Translations under genes and position numbers: made by a program | Shown: positions 1 through 9,432 of the stretch, in pieces | Position numbering within the stretch: position 1 is the first letter of the stretch | How the letters are laid out: every line of letters starts with the position of its first letter | The notes under the pieces: generated by a model | Told to the model about the DNA's origin: nothing | The model's input: the letters and a program-made list of their open reading frames with translations, nothing else | Database searches by the model: none | DNA from: Ruminococcus albus 7 = DSM 20455 | GTDB lineage: Bacteria; Bacillota; Clostridia; Oscillospirales; Ruminococcaceae | NCBI RefSeq assembly: GCF_000179635.2 | Contig: NC_014833.1 | Span: forward strand, 3,180,001-3,212,000 | DNA: 32,000 nt | Direction: 5' to 3'

Positions 1-203
1 AAGCTCATAGCGCCCTTGACAAAACCCGAAGCTTCATATGTCAGAAAGCTCGTCCAGCCGATAAATCCATATACCACCAGTGCAGGCAGCAGAGGTACGA
101 ACGTCATACGCGCCAGCCGCTTCTGCTCCTTCAGCCTTTTGCGGTATATATCTTTCAATTCCTCGTCAGGCATAGTCAGACAGCATTCATGAAGATCCTC
201 CAT
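1..203 (-). CDS. hypothetical small membrane protein, 5' part only (gene runs off the window start)
   Basis: Not in the ORF track because it runs off the edge. ATG at 203-201 (minus) lies 8 nt downstream of AAGGAG (rc of 212-217). The frame is open to position 1: MEDLHECCLTMPDEELKDIYRKRLKEQKRLARMTFVPLLPALVVYGFIGW..., with one hydrophobic helix. Confidence 0.4.
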   Translation of the reverse strand, partial: MEDLHECCLTMPDEELKDIYRKRLKEQKRLARMTFVPLLPALVVYGFIGWTSFLTYEASGFVKGAMS

Positions 204-236
204 ATCATTCACTCCTTAAAATTGTACTTACAACTC

Positions 237-265
237 ATTATACCACATCACAGAGGTAATTACAA
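237..265 (-). promoter_or_regulatory. sigma-70-like promoter for the 1-203 gene
   Basis: Minus strand reads TTGTAA, 17 nt, TATAAT, with TG at the extended -10 position (gTGgTATAAT), about 35 nt upstream of the ATG. Confidence 0.35.
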
Positions 266-374
266 GTCAATGATCGTTGATCTTTATTCATAAATTGTTG
301 TGTTTTTCACCAATGATACGCTCCATATGATCTCAAACCAGAACATATATTCCACACGGAACATTTTTACCTAC

Positions 375-409
375 GCAAAAGGAGCAGTAATGCATCACAT
401 TACTGCTCC
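375..409 (-). terminator. rho-independent terminator after the ABC permease gene
   Basis: Perfect 12-bp stem ggagcagtaatg / cattactgctcc (381-409) with a 5-nt loop, followed on the minus strand by TTTT. Confidence 0.6.
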
Positions 410-416
410 CGAAATA

Positions 417-3400
417 TCATTCAACAGATTTAAGGCTCTCTGCCATATTTATCTTCTCCAGCTTGTTTTCCATTACAAGATTTACCAGAAGATTGAATAT
501 GACCGTAAGACCTATGCTGTATATGTAGCTCTTGAAAAGTATACGTTCCTTGAAGCATACCATATCAACGACCAGGTAGGACATTACAAAGTGCAGCAGC
601 ATATTTCCCAGCACCAGACCCACAGCTATGCCGAGCCCTGTCAGGAACAGGTTCTCTCTCAGCACATAAGCCGAAGTTTCTTTCTTGAAGAATCCCAGCA
701 CCTTTATGGTGGCTATCTCCCTTTCCCTTTCGGTGATGTTTATATTTGTCAGGTTGTAAAGAACGATGAATGCCAGCAGTGCCGCACAGATTATGACCAG
801 CAGCACCACGTAGTCTAGTGAAGCCATCGAATCTGTCATACGCTTTTTTACATCCTCGAACAGCGTGACATTCTTTACACTTTTCAGTTTCGATATATCT
901 GTCTGTGCCTTGTAAGCATCCGTATTCTCAGGGAAGTTTATATAAGCTTCATTCAGCCCGACCTTCTCGCCAAGCTGTCTTTCCACAGCTTCATACGGCA
1001 CAAAAACATAGTTGTATACATGATTATCGAATACTGCCTTGACCTTGAATTCCATGACACGCATATTCTCATCGCGCAGTGTGATGGTGTCGCCATCTTT
1101 CACACCGTATCTGTTCATGATACTTACGCATACAAGTGCCTCATCACCCACGGGAGCATCTATACTGCTGCCATCGGGTCTGTTGAAATTCATACTTCCT
1201 TCAAGCTCTGCAAAATCAACAGGCGCAACAAGGCTTATGCTCTTTACAGCATCCTTTGTCACCAGATCCCATGAACCTGTATAAAGCTCAGCATAGGAAG
1301 CACCTGTATTATCCAGCTTTTCTTTGAGCTCAACGGGCATATCACCGCTGCTGTCGGATGAATAAGTGACCGAAGCATCCGCAGTTACGATCTCCTCATA
1401 CTGTACCACCGCAAAATCTCCGACCGAGTCGGACATACCGAATCCCGTGAGAAGCAGTGCCGTACAGCCGCTTATACCCACAACCATCATAAAGAATCTC
1501 TTCTTGTAACGGAAGATATTTCTTATGGATACCTTGTGAAGGAATTTCATTTTGTTCCATATAAAGGGTATACGCTCCAGCAGCACCCTTTTGCCTGCCT
1601 TAGGCGCTTTCGGGCGCATAAGTTCTGCTGCTGTTTCATTAAGCTCATATCTGCAGGACAGCCACGCCGCACCCACCGAGCATATCAGCGATACCGCACC
1701 TGCCAGCAGCGCAAGTTTCCAGTCAAAGAGATATTCAACATCAAGCTCGATATACATAAGCTTATAGTTCATCCATATTACCTGCGGGAATATATACGTT
1801 CCCAGTGCATATCCCAATGACCAGCCCAGTACTGCCGCACTGCCGGCATACAGCGTGAACTTGCTCATTATCGCCCTTTCAGAATATCCCAGTGCTTTGA
1901 GAGTTCCTATCTGGGTACGTCTTTCCTCAACCATACGGCTCATGGTGGTCATACACACAAGCGCCGCCACAAGTATGAAGAATACAGGAAACACCTTTGC
2001 AAGCTTGCCCACTATGGAAGAATCGTTCTCAAAGCAGGCGTAGCCTATGTTGGTATTCCTGTCCAGAAGGAACACATCGGGCTTTTTGAGATCGCGGAGT
2101 TCCTTTTCGCCGTCTGCGATATCCTGCTCCGCCTTGGCTATCTCCTCATCAAAGGAGGTCACGCCGTCCTCATATTCAGCCTCACCGTCTTCGTACTCTT
2201 TTAGTCCTTCTTCGTATTCGGCTTTTCCGTCCTTGTATTCCTTCCTGCCTTTTTCCAGATCTTTCCTGCCCTTTTCCAGTTTCTGCACGCCGTCCTCATA
2301 CTCGGCTCTGCCGCTGTCGTACTTCGCCTTGCCCCGCTGATATTCCGCCAGGGAAGCGTTGTATTTCGCATATCCCTGACTGTACTGCACCTTGCCTGCT
2401 TCCAGCTGTTTCCTGCTTTCTTCAAGTACTGCACGCTGTGCATCAAGCTCTGCCTGACCTGCCGCAATTTCTTCCTGCTTCGCCGCAAGCTCCGCCTTTG
2501 CCGCTTCTATCTGAGCAAATCCATCATCTATCTGAGCCTTTGCAGCGGCTATCTGCTCAGCCTGCTCGGGAGGGAGCATATCCAACATTTCAAGATACTC
2601 GCCGTATTCCGCCATAAACTGCGCGTACTGCTCATTCAGTGCCGCAGACTGCACTTCTGTCTCCGCAAGACCTGCCGTTATCTGTGCCGCACCCTCATCG
2701 AGTTCAGCCTGTGCCTTTGCAAGTTCTGCTTCGCCGTCTTTGAGTTTTTTCTCATTGGTATCTATCTGCGCCTTGCTTGCTGCAAGCTGATTCCATGCAT
2801 TGTCAAGCTGATATTTGCCGTTCCAAAGCTGTCTTTCACTGCTGTCGAGAGTTGACTTTGCATCGCTGAGCTTTTTCTCGTTATCCGCGATCTCCTTTTC
2901 GCCGTCAGCTATCTCTTTCTTCGCATCTTTGAGTTTTTTAGCAGCCTTATCCAGTTCGCTCTTAGCGTCATCCAGTTCAGCACGGGCATCATCAAGCTTC
3001 TGCTGACCCTCCTCACGGGCATCTTCCAGCTTTTTCCTGCCGCCTGCCAGCTCGTCCTCTGCATCTGATACTATACGGTCATACCTTTCCTCGGCAGCAT
3101 CCTCGGCTGCCTTTTCCCAGCTGTCCTCACGTTCTGACATATAGTCCTTATACTCATCCGAATAGACCTCCAGTTCATGATCCAGCTTTATATAAAGTTC
3201 GGAATAGGCTTTCATATCAAAAGCGCTTCTGTTAAGCAGGATGAATCCGTTTATCGTGCCGTTGCCGAGTGAGGTGGTGCCTCTTTCAAAATGTACATAC
3301 GCAGGTGAATACACAAGCCCCACAACAGTCACCTTACGCGGTTTGAAGCTTTCAAGAGTATCCTCCTCATTCTCACTGCTGACTGTAAGCACGTCACCGA

Positions 3401-3833
3401 CCTTATAAGCTGTCTTACCGTCCATGACACATTCACTGTCATTTTCGGGCAGCCTGCCTTCCAGTATCTCAGGCACATTCACGCCTTCCGTCAGGGAATG
3501 GACCTTTATGACCACGTCTTTGCCGTTTCCGTCCCTGAACATCATATCCAGTGCGTAGGCACCATCTGCCGCACGAACATCCTCACGTTCACGCAGCGTT
3601 TCTACCTCGCTCTCCTCCCAGCCAAGGGTAGACACTATCCTGTAATCGAAAAGCTCATGGTCATCCATGAACCCGCCAAGTGTCCTCACCATCGCGGGAG
3701 TGGTTATCTTTACGCCCGAGAAAAAGCCAACTCCCAGCGCGATTATAGACATTATTGCCACGAATCGCCCGATAGTGCTTTTTATATCCCTGAGCGTGGA
3801 AACTCTCAGCTTAGACCTCATGTATATCACCAC
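417..3833 (-). CDS. ABC transporter permease, MacB/FtsX-type with two FtsX modules and a giant coiled-coil extracytoplasmic domain
   Basis: 1138-aa ORF with two FtsX-like 4-TM modules (..RRTQIGTLKALGYSERAI.. and ..REREIATIKVLGFFKKE..). An N-terminal TM is followed by about 590 aa before TM2, including about 340 aa of charged heptad-like sequence. GTG 3833 overlaps the ATPase stop by 7 nt; ATG 3821 is an alternative start. Confidence 0.85.
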   Translation of the reverse strand: MVIYMRSKLRVSTLRDIKSTIGRFVAIMSIIALGVGFFSGVKITTPAMVRTLGGFMDDHELFDYRIVSTLGWEESEVETLREREDVRAADGAYALDMMFRDGNGKDVVIKVHSLTEGVNVPEILEGRLPENDSECVMDGKTAYKVGDVLTVSSENEEDTLESFKPRKVTVVGLVYSPAYVHFERGTTSLGNGTINGFILLNRSAFDMKAYSELYIKLDHELEVYSDEYKDYMSEREDSWEKAAEDAAEERYDRIVSDAEDELAGGRKKLEDAREEGQQKLDDARAELDDAKSELDKAAKKLKDAKKEIADGEKEIADNEKKLSDAKSTLDSSERQLWNGKYQLDNAWNQLAASKAQIDTNEKKLKDGEAELAKAQAELDEGAAQITAGLAETEVQSAALNEQYAQFMAEYGEYLEMLDMLPPEQAEQIAAAKAQIDDGFAQIEAAKAELAAKQEEIAAGQAELDAQRAVLEESRKQLEAGKVQYSQGYAKYNASLAEYQRGKAKYDSGRAEYEDGVQKLEKGRKDLEKGRKEYKDGKAEYEEGLKEYEDGEAEYEDGVTSFDEEIAKAEQDIADGEKELRDLKKPDVFLLDRNTNIGYACFENDSSIVGKLAKVFPVFFILVAALVCMTTMSRMVEERRTQIGTLKALGYSERAIMSKFTLYAGSAAVLGWSLGYALGTYIFPQVIWMNYKLMYIELDVEYLFDWKLALLAGAVSLICSVGAAWLSCRYELNETAAELMRPKAPKAGKRVLLERIPFIWNKMKFLHKVSIRNIFRYKKRFFMMVVGISGCTALLLTGFGMSDSVGDFAVVQYEEIVTADASVTYSSDSSGDMPVELKEKLDNTGASYAELYTGSWDLVTKDAVKSISLVAPVDFAELEGSMNFNRPDGSSIDAPVGDEALVCVSIMNRYGVKDGDTITLRDENMRVMEFKVKAVFDNHVYNYVFVPYEAVERQLGEKVGLNEAYINFPENTDAYKAQTDISKLKSVKNVTLFEDVKKRMTDSMASLDYVVLLVIICAALLAFIVLYNLTNINITEREREIATIKVLGFFKKETSAYVLRENLFLTGLGIAVGLVLGNMLLHFVMSYLVVDMVCFKERILFKSYIYSIGLTVIFNLLVNLVMENKLEKINMAESLKSVE

Positions 3834-4531
3834 TCGATGTCTTCTACGTCAACTATCTCTGTGTTTATCCTCATACTCTCCACAGTACCGCTCTTAACGG
3901 TGATTATCCTGTCAGCCATAGCCGCAAGGGCGGAGTTATGGGTGATAACTACCACTGTCATACCCCTTTTGCGGCAGGTATCCTGCAGAAGCTTCAATAC
4001 TGCCTTACCCGTGTTGTAGTCCAAAGCACCTGTAGGTTCATCGCAGAGCAGAAGTTTGGGATTTTTTGCCAGTGCCCTTGCAATAGCGACTCTCTGCTGT
4101 TCGCCGCCCGAAAGCTGTGCGGGAAAATTCTTCATTCTCTCCCCGAGACCTACCTGTTTCAGCACTTCTTCCGCATCGAGAGGCTCTTTGCATATCTGTG
4201 CTGCAAGTTCCACATTCTCCTTGGCGGTAAGGTTCTGCACCAGATTATAGAACTGGAAAACAAAACCGATATCATACCGTCTGTACGCAGTAAGCTCCTT
4301 TTTACCGAGAGTAGATATCTCCCTGCCATCCAGCTTCACGCTGCCCGAGGTCAGGGTATCCATACCGCCGAGGATATTGAGTATAGTGGTCTTGCCGGCA
4401 CCCGATGCCCCGACTATGACACAGAACTCACCCTTCTCTATCTCGAAAGAAGCATCCTTTATGGCGTGTATCTCCACCTCGCCTGTCTTATAGGTCTTTT
4501 TTACATTTTTGAATTCAACAAAAGCACTCAT
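3827..4531 (-). CDS. ABC transporter ATP-binding protein (MacB/LolD-like)
   Basis: Walker [13 protein letters not shown] signature [15 protein letters not shown], Walker [16 protein letters not shown] Shine-Dalgarno precedes ATG 4531. Confidence 0.9.
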   Translation of the reverse strand: MSAFVEFKNVKKTYKTGEVEIHAIKDASFEIEKGEFCVIVGASGAGKTTILNILGGMDTLTSGSVKLDGREISTLGKKELTAYRRYDIGFVFQFYNLVQNLTAKENVELAAQICKEPLDAEEVLKQVGLGERMKNFPAQLSGGEQQRVAIARALAKNPKLLLCDEPTGALDYNTGKAVLKLLQDTCRKRGMTVVVITHNSALAAMADRIITVKSGTVESMRINTEIVDVEDIEW

Positions 4532-4579
4532 CCATGATCCCCCTTACTGTAAAACTTTCACAAAAAACAACTATTGCTG

Positions 4580-4608
4580 ATTATATCATATATTTCCGGA
4601 AAAGTAAA
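4580..4608 (-). promoter_or_regulatory. sigma-70-like promoter of the ABC operon
   Basis: Minus strand reads TTTACT, 17 nt, TATAAT, with an extended -10 (TGaTATAAT), about 50 nt upstream of ATG 4531. Confidence 0.5.
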
Positions 4609-4669
4609 GATACGCATCCGGACGAAAACGTTTTATACACAAAACCACAGATCAAAATTTCCATTGTGG

Positions 4670-4703
4670 CAAAATAAAAAACTCCCCTGCATAAACAGGG
4701 GAG
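4670..4703 (-). terminator. rho-independent terminator after the AAA+ ATPase gene
   Basis: Stem ctcccctg / caggggag (4682-4689 / 4696-4703) with a 6-nt loop, then a T-run on the minus strand (A-run 4671-4681 on plus). Confidence 0.7.
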
Positions 4704-4712
4704 CAAAGTACA

Positions 4713-6236
4713 TTATTCAAACTTGAGGCAGTCTTCCAGATTTAGCTCATACATATTGTTATAGGTAGGCTCAACTGCGGGCTGACCGATAAGTCTGTAG
4801 AACTCGTCAGAACCATACTTCTTGATGAAGTCAGTAGTATGACAGTTTACTGTCAGTTCTTCAAGAAGCTTCTTCATAACGGGACTGTCAGTGCCGTATG
4901 CTGCTTCCATAAATACGAACATATTCTTCAGACCTGTCATGGACTGGCTGGTAACGTTCTTGGCACCGTTAAGCAGATTGGTGAACGCATTCTGTATGAT
5001 GATGGTACATCTCTGCTTGTTGTCACGGCCTTCGTTGGTACACTTGTCCATGTAAGCTTCCAGATTGTGGATTATCCAGTGCTGTATCTTCTTATTGGAA
5101 GGTGAGATGATACGCGCCTTTACAGCCATATCCAGATTCTTCCTTGTGGTCATGATATGCTCTGCGATTATCTGACGGCAGGAAAGACCTTCGTTGATCT
5201 TGATAAGGATATCCTCCAGCTTGGGGTGTATCTGTCTTATCATCTTCTCCATCTGGATAGTCGTTCTCATAGTATAAGTAACGCCGTCCATCAGCAGGTT
5301 CATCAGTGCCACAGCTTCTTCGATATCAGCCTTGCGTGCTCTGTCAACAGCTTCCTGAGTGATGTTGCCGTCCAGCAGATCATCGGGATCGTATACCTCA
5401 CGCAGTTCATTGAATCTGCAATAGAATTCATAGAACATAGGAGCAACATCGTGATCCTGCAGATACTGACCTACCAGTTCAAGAGTAACAGCCATGCCTG
5501 CACTTTCGTACAGCTGGATCATCTCGGAGAGATCCTCCCATGCACGAGCGGTTATGATCTTGTAGTTGTGTCTGTCAGTAGCATCTATCTCGTAGAACAG
5601 AGTGGGGTGGAGTTCGAGGAAAGCTATTATGCTGGGGTGAACACCGCCGTAGTAAGCGTATTCCTTCCAGCAGAGGAATTCAGCATCGATCTCGACCTTC
5701 TTGAATCTGTCCCAAGTAACTATATCGAACTCATTAACAGATTTGTTGAACTGAGGGGGGTTACCTGCGGTAACTATTACCCATCCGGGAGGGATCTGGT
5801 GCAGACCGAAGATCTTGTACTGCAGGAACTGTAGCATGATAGGTGCAAGGGATTCGGATACGCAGTTGATCTCATCGAGGAACAGTATACCCTCACGGAT
5901 ATGAGTCTGCTCCATAGTATAGTAAATATTAGCAATGATCTCGGACATGGTATACTCTGATACCTTTACATCTGCACCGACAAAGTTTCTCTCAACGATG
6001 ACCGGCAGACCCATCGCAGATTCTCTGGTCTGGTGAGCCATTGAGTAGGATATCAGGTTTACGCCCGTTTCCTGTGCTATCTGGTCCATGATAGCGGTCT
6101 TGCCGATACCGGGAGGTCCAAGCAGGAAGCAGGGTCTCTGATGCTCGATGCTTATCTTGTATTCACCAAACTCATCTTTTTCAAGATAAGCCTTGATAGA
6201 ATCGAGCACTTGCTGTTTTGCGTCTTTTATGGTCAT
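4713..6236 (-). CDS. AAA+ ATPase, MoxR/CbbQ-like N-terminal module plus ~300-aa uncharacterised C-terminal region
   Basis: Walker A GPPGIGKT (6096-6119), Walker B ILFLDEIN, then VTAGNPP. I chose ATG 6236 (MTIKDAK..), which has AAGGAG 9 nt upstream, over the TTG at 6269 used by the track. Confidence 0.8.
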   Translation of the reverse strand: MTIKDAKQQVLDSIKAYLEKDEFGEYKISIEHQRPCFLLGPPGIGKTAIMDQIAQETGVNLISYSMAHQTRESAMGLPVIVERNFVGADVKVSEYTMSEIIANIYYTMEQTHIREGILFLDEINCVSESLAPIMLQFLQYKIFGLHQIPPGWVIVTAGNPPQFNKSVNEFDIVTWDRFKKVEIDAEFLCWKEYAYYGGVHPSIIAFLELHPTLFYEIDATDRHNYKIITARAWEDLSEMIQLYESAGMAVTLELVGQYLQDHDVAPMFYEFYCRFNELREVYDPDDLLDGNITQEAVDRARKADIEEAVALMNLLMDGVTYTMRTTIQMEKMIRQIHPKLEDILIKINEGLSCRQIIAEHIMTTRKNLDMAVKARIISPSNKKIQHWIIHNLEAYMDKCTNEGRDNKQRCTIIIQNAFTNLLNGAKNVTSQSMTGLKNMFVFMEAAYGTDSPVMKKLLEELTVNCHTTDFIKKYGSDEFYRLIGQPAVEPTYNNMYELNLEDCLKFE

Positions 6237-6624
6237 AAGCAAAAACTCCTTCTTGCACAGAATAGTCAAAAACTATCCCAAAAATTTTCACTTAACATTA
6301 TACACTATATCCAAAACGCTGTCAATAGGAAAAATAAATTTCGGAAATGTGACTTATTTTGTTTAATTAAATATATGCAATTTGGCAATTCGGATATTAC
6401 ACCTATGATAACATCTGTGAAAAAACAACAATAGCGCCCTAAGACAGAAATCGCCGGAAGTTCACAGATGATATCCGTATCCTGCAGAAGCATAGGAAGT
6501 ACCCCTTGATATTTTAAGATCTTTCATGTAAAGATATGAATAAATAAAAGGATCGGATCCGATTTATGTACGCAGAGTATAAATTCAGCACAATATTTTG
6601 TGTAATATTTTCCTAATTAACCGC

Positions 6625-6653
6625 TTGAAAAATAAACAAAATTATGTTAGAAT
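6625..6653 (+). promoter_or_regulatory. sigma-70-like promoter upstream of the vWA gene
   Basis: TTGAAA, 17 nt, TAGAAT with TG at the extended -10 position (TGtTAGAAT), about 90 nt upstream of ATG 6741. Confidence 0.4.
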
Positions 6654-6740
6654 AAACATATAACATAAGCTGACATAGCAAAACCTGACCAGAGGTCAGC
6701 GTGAGCTTTGATAAAAAACCGGAAGAACGGAGCAAGTGCA

Positions 6741-9089
6741 ATGAAGATAAATCATAGTAAACCTACTGCTGATGATTTTGTCAAAAGCCTTGATAGAAGC
6801 ATTCGCAAAAAAAGAATAACCTTGGTAACTCTGCTGGGCGTGCTTGCAGCTGTAGTGGTAGTTATAGCTTTAGTTGGCATGAGCATAAGCCGAAACAACA
6901 GGATAAATACTGCAAAGAACGCCATATCTCAGCTGGATATACAAAGTACATACAAAGAGCCCGAATTTCCCGAAAACGAGGACTGGGACGACGACGGGAT
7001 AATGAATCAGCTTGAATCAGACTCTGAAACGAGCGTTCAGAATGCGGACACTGACGGTGACGGACTTTGTGACGGCGACGAGATAAAGCTGGGCACCGAT
7101 CCTCTCAATCCCGACACTGACGGTGATGAGATGCTGGACGGCTACGAAGTAATAGCAGGAACGAGCCCGAGACTTGATCTGACGGACGGCAGCACCCCTG
7201 ACAATACCCGTGTAATGGTAGTGGAAAAACGGCTGAACGGCTGTAAACTGCACCTGAGCGGCAACCCGAACATAGCAGGCGCTTCCATAGAAAAGCTGGA
7301 TCTTTTTGGTATATCATCAAACCCCAGTGTGGTATCAGCGGCTTACGATTTTTACTCTGAGTATCCTTGCATGGAAGCGACTATTAAGATATCCGTGGAT
7401 GAATCAAGGCTGAGAAAATGCGGCTGTGAATTCAAGGATCTCAAGGTGATGAGGTTCGATGTTGACAGCAGGGAGTATATCCCCCTTGAATCAAGGTCTG
7501 ACAACAAAAGAAGATATGTTCAGGCAACTATCACAGAGCCGGGCACATACGTTGTAGGTGCAGATGCATCAGTGAATGAGGCCGCAACTACCAGAGTTGC
7601 TTTCCTTATCGACAACTCGGGTTCCATGTACCCGAAGGAGCTTTGTCCCACGTCATCGGAAAACGATGTGGATTTCAAGAGACTTGATTTCACACAGTCG
7701 CTGATAGACAAGTTCGACAGTGATTTCCGCATAGGTATAAGCAAGTTCACGGGAACATACACCCGTATGTGCGGCTTTACCGATGACAGGACAGCGCTAA
7801 GTGATGTTATTAAAAGGATAAGGACCGAAGATGAGATCTTCGACGGTACACATAACCAGACTGCTCTAAAAAGATGTATAGAGGAGTTTACCGCCACAGG
7901 TGACGGAAAATATGTTAATATCATCGTTATGCTCTCTGACGGAGAATCAGATGAAACAAATGCCGAGTCTATCAAAAACTTGGCAAGGCTTGCGAACGAA
8001 AAGTCGGTAATAGTTCTGACTGTTGGTCTTGGCAGAGAGATAGACCGCGCATGGCTGCAGGAAATGGCTTACTCCACAGGCGGAAAGTACTACTCGGCCT
8101 CGGAAGCAAATGCACTTGACGATGTATATAAGCAGATAGTGACCACACTTAACTACGACATAGTCTCATATTCGGATTCATCGGATACCATAACAGGTTA
8201 TTCGCTGTACAATACGGGCTTTGAACCTGCTAAAAACGGATTCTCCTTCAAGAATTTCAGGACGACCACCTCCGCAAGTGTTGATTTCGGCATGGCGGTC
8301 ATGGCAAGGGACTGGTATCTCGGCAATTTCCGTATGTCCCTGGGAGATATATCTCCCACTGACCCATCTCTCCAGAAGGTGGACGCTGCAGGATATGACC
8401 TCAGCGGCACAAGTACCGCCAAGGCTTATGAGGAAAGAAAAACGCTGAGTGCTGTATCCGCCGATATATTCAGGCATCGCTATTCAAGAGTGACCGATTA
8501 TATCGACTACACCAGCAAGGGTGATGTCCTTCAGGTCAACAGTGATTACCGTGCGGATGCAGAGAACAGAGGTTGGAAAATATCAAAACGCAAGTTTGAA
8601 TCAGGCAACCTGCCATGGTCAAAGGTAGAGCTTCTCAGCCTGGATATCGCAGAGGGTATGGAAAAGATAGCCAAGGGCTACAACAACGATGATGCGCAGC
8701 TCTGCGCGGCGCTTTACAGACTCAACTCATTACAGTGGGATGACAAGGACGAGGAATTCAACCTTACCAACGGTGACGAAGGCTTTGATATGCTTTGCAG
8801 TCAGCTGAGCCTGGGCGTGCCTGTCGTTACTACTATAGATGATACCCATACGGTAAATACCATAGCCCTTATCAGGGATTCAAGCTGCCACAGGAAGTAC
8901 ATACTCAGGATATACGACAACAATTATCCCGAAAAGGTAAAGGAGCTCTATATCGAAAAGCGTCCCGTAGCTTATATAGATATCGACGTAAAGGGAAACA
9001 TAACAGTAAAGGAACAGAGTTTCACATACGTCGCTACTTACGAGGGCAAGCGCGTCGGCGTAGCATTCTCGGGTGTGGAGGCACACTGA
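6741..9089 (+). CDS. membrane-anchored von Willebrand factor A (vWA) protein with thrombospondin type-3-like Ca-binding repeats and an uncharacterised C-terminal domain
   Basis: N-terminal TM LVTLLGVLAAVVVVIALVG. D-rich repeats NADTDGDGLCDGDEIKLGTDPLNPDTDGDEMLDGYE (about 7047-7140). MIDAS motif DNSGS at 7611-7625, later SDGESDE. ATG 6741 has GGAG 8 nt upstream and is preferred over TTG 6708. Confidence 0.8.
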   Translation: MKINHSKPTADDFVKSLDRSIRKKRITLVTLLGVLAAVVVVIALVGMSISRNNRINTAKNAISQLDIQSTYKEPEFPENEDWDDDGIMNQLESDSETSVQNADTDGDGLCDGDEIKLGTDPLNPDTDGDEMLDGYEVIAGTSPRLDLTDGSTPDNTRVMVVEKRLNGCKLHLSGNPNIAGASIEKLDLFGISSNPSVVSAAYDFYSEYPCMEATIKISVDESRLRKCGCEFKDLKVMRFDVDSREYIPLESRSDNKRRYVQATITEPGTYVVGADASVNEAATTRVAFLIDNSGSMYPKELCPTSSENDVDFKRLDFTQSLIDKFDSDFRIGISKFTGTYTRMCGFTDDRTALSDVIKRIRTEDEIFDGTHNQTALKRCIEEFTATGDGKYVNIIVMLSDGESDETNAESIKNLARLANEKSVIVLTVGLGREIDRAWLQEMAYSTGGKYYSASEANALDDVYKQIVTTLNYDIVSYSDSSDTITGYSLYNTGFEPAKNGFSFKNFRTTTSASVDFGMAVMARDWYLGNFRMSLGDISPTDPSLQKVDAAGYDLSGTSTAKAYEERKTLSAVSADIFRHRYSRVTDYIDYTSKGDVLQVNSDYRADAENRGWKISKRKFESGNLPWSKVELLSLDIAEGMEKIAKGYNNDDAQLCAALYRLNSLQWDDKDEEFNLTNGDEGFDMLCSQLSLGVPVVTTIDDTHTVNTIALIRDSSCHRKYILRIYDNNYPEKVKELYIEKRPVAYIDIDVKGNITVKEQSFTYVATYEGKRVGVAFSGVEAH

Positions 9090-9335
9090 TACTCACAGAC
9101 AGGTGATATAAAAACGACATTTGAAATTGGCTCTGTGAACGGGCAAAAGCCTGATATATCGCTATTTAAGCTTTCAAAACAGCAATTTCAATGTCGTTTA
9201 TCACAGCTTAATACACCAATGGTTTAGTATACCTTTAACTTAATTGAAAACGATTTCTGTCAAAACTGCACAAAACCATTGTGTAAATTTTGTAATAGTT
9301 TTTGTAACCAAATCGAAATTATTTTCTCGAAATGC

Positions 9336-9364
9336 TTGACATTGTGAGAAAAAATTGATATACT
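9336..9364 (+). promoter_or_regulatory. sigma-70-like promoter of the secreted-protein gene
   Basis: Consensus TTGACA, 17 nt, TATACT with TG at the extended -10 position (TGaTATACT). Confidence 0.55.
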
Positions 9365-9432
9365 GTTAACTAGGGATCGGGGATATAACTGTATCCCACA
9401 AACAAATAATATGAAATTTGGAGGTAATCTAT

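Noticed and set aside
300-818. Plus-strand 172-aa ORF. Similar antisense track ORFs are 1020-1284, 1536-2340, 2815-3006, 3498-4537, 4839-5834, 7017-8477 (both strands), 9370-10236, 10520-11627, 11873-13426, 13509-14013, 14863-15805, 15813-16599, 16902-18143, 18506-19567, 22751-23278, 23484-23771, 29371-29709, 29970-30965 and 31279-31907.
   Set aside because: All lie inside and antisense to, or out of frame with, long ORFs that have clear family motifs. They lack Shine-Dalgarno sequences and have low-complexity or implausible composition. I treat them as shadow ORFs.
6552-6563. A perfect 12-bp palindrome ATCGGATCCGAT in the divergent AAA+/vWA intergenic region.
   Set aside because: It may be an operator, but a single short palindrome containing a BamHI-type site in 500 bp of intergenic DNA is not compelling on its own.
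9112-9199. A 17-18-bp imperfect inverted repeat (AAACGACATTTGAAATTG ... CAATTTCAATGTCGTTT) separated by about 53 nt, downstream of the vWA gene.
   Set aside because: It could be a long terminator or regulatory stem, but no U-tract follows and I recognise no ncRNA family. The evidence is insufficient to call a feature.
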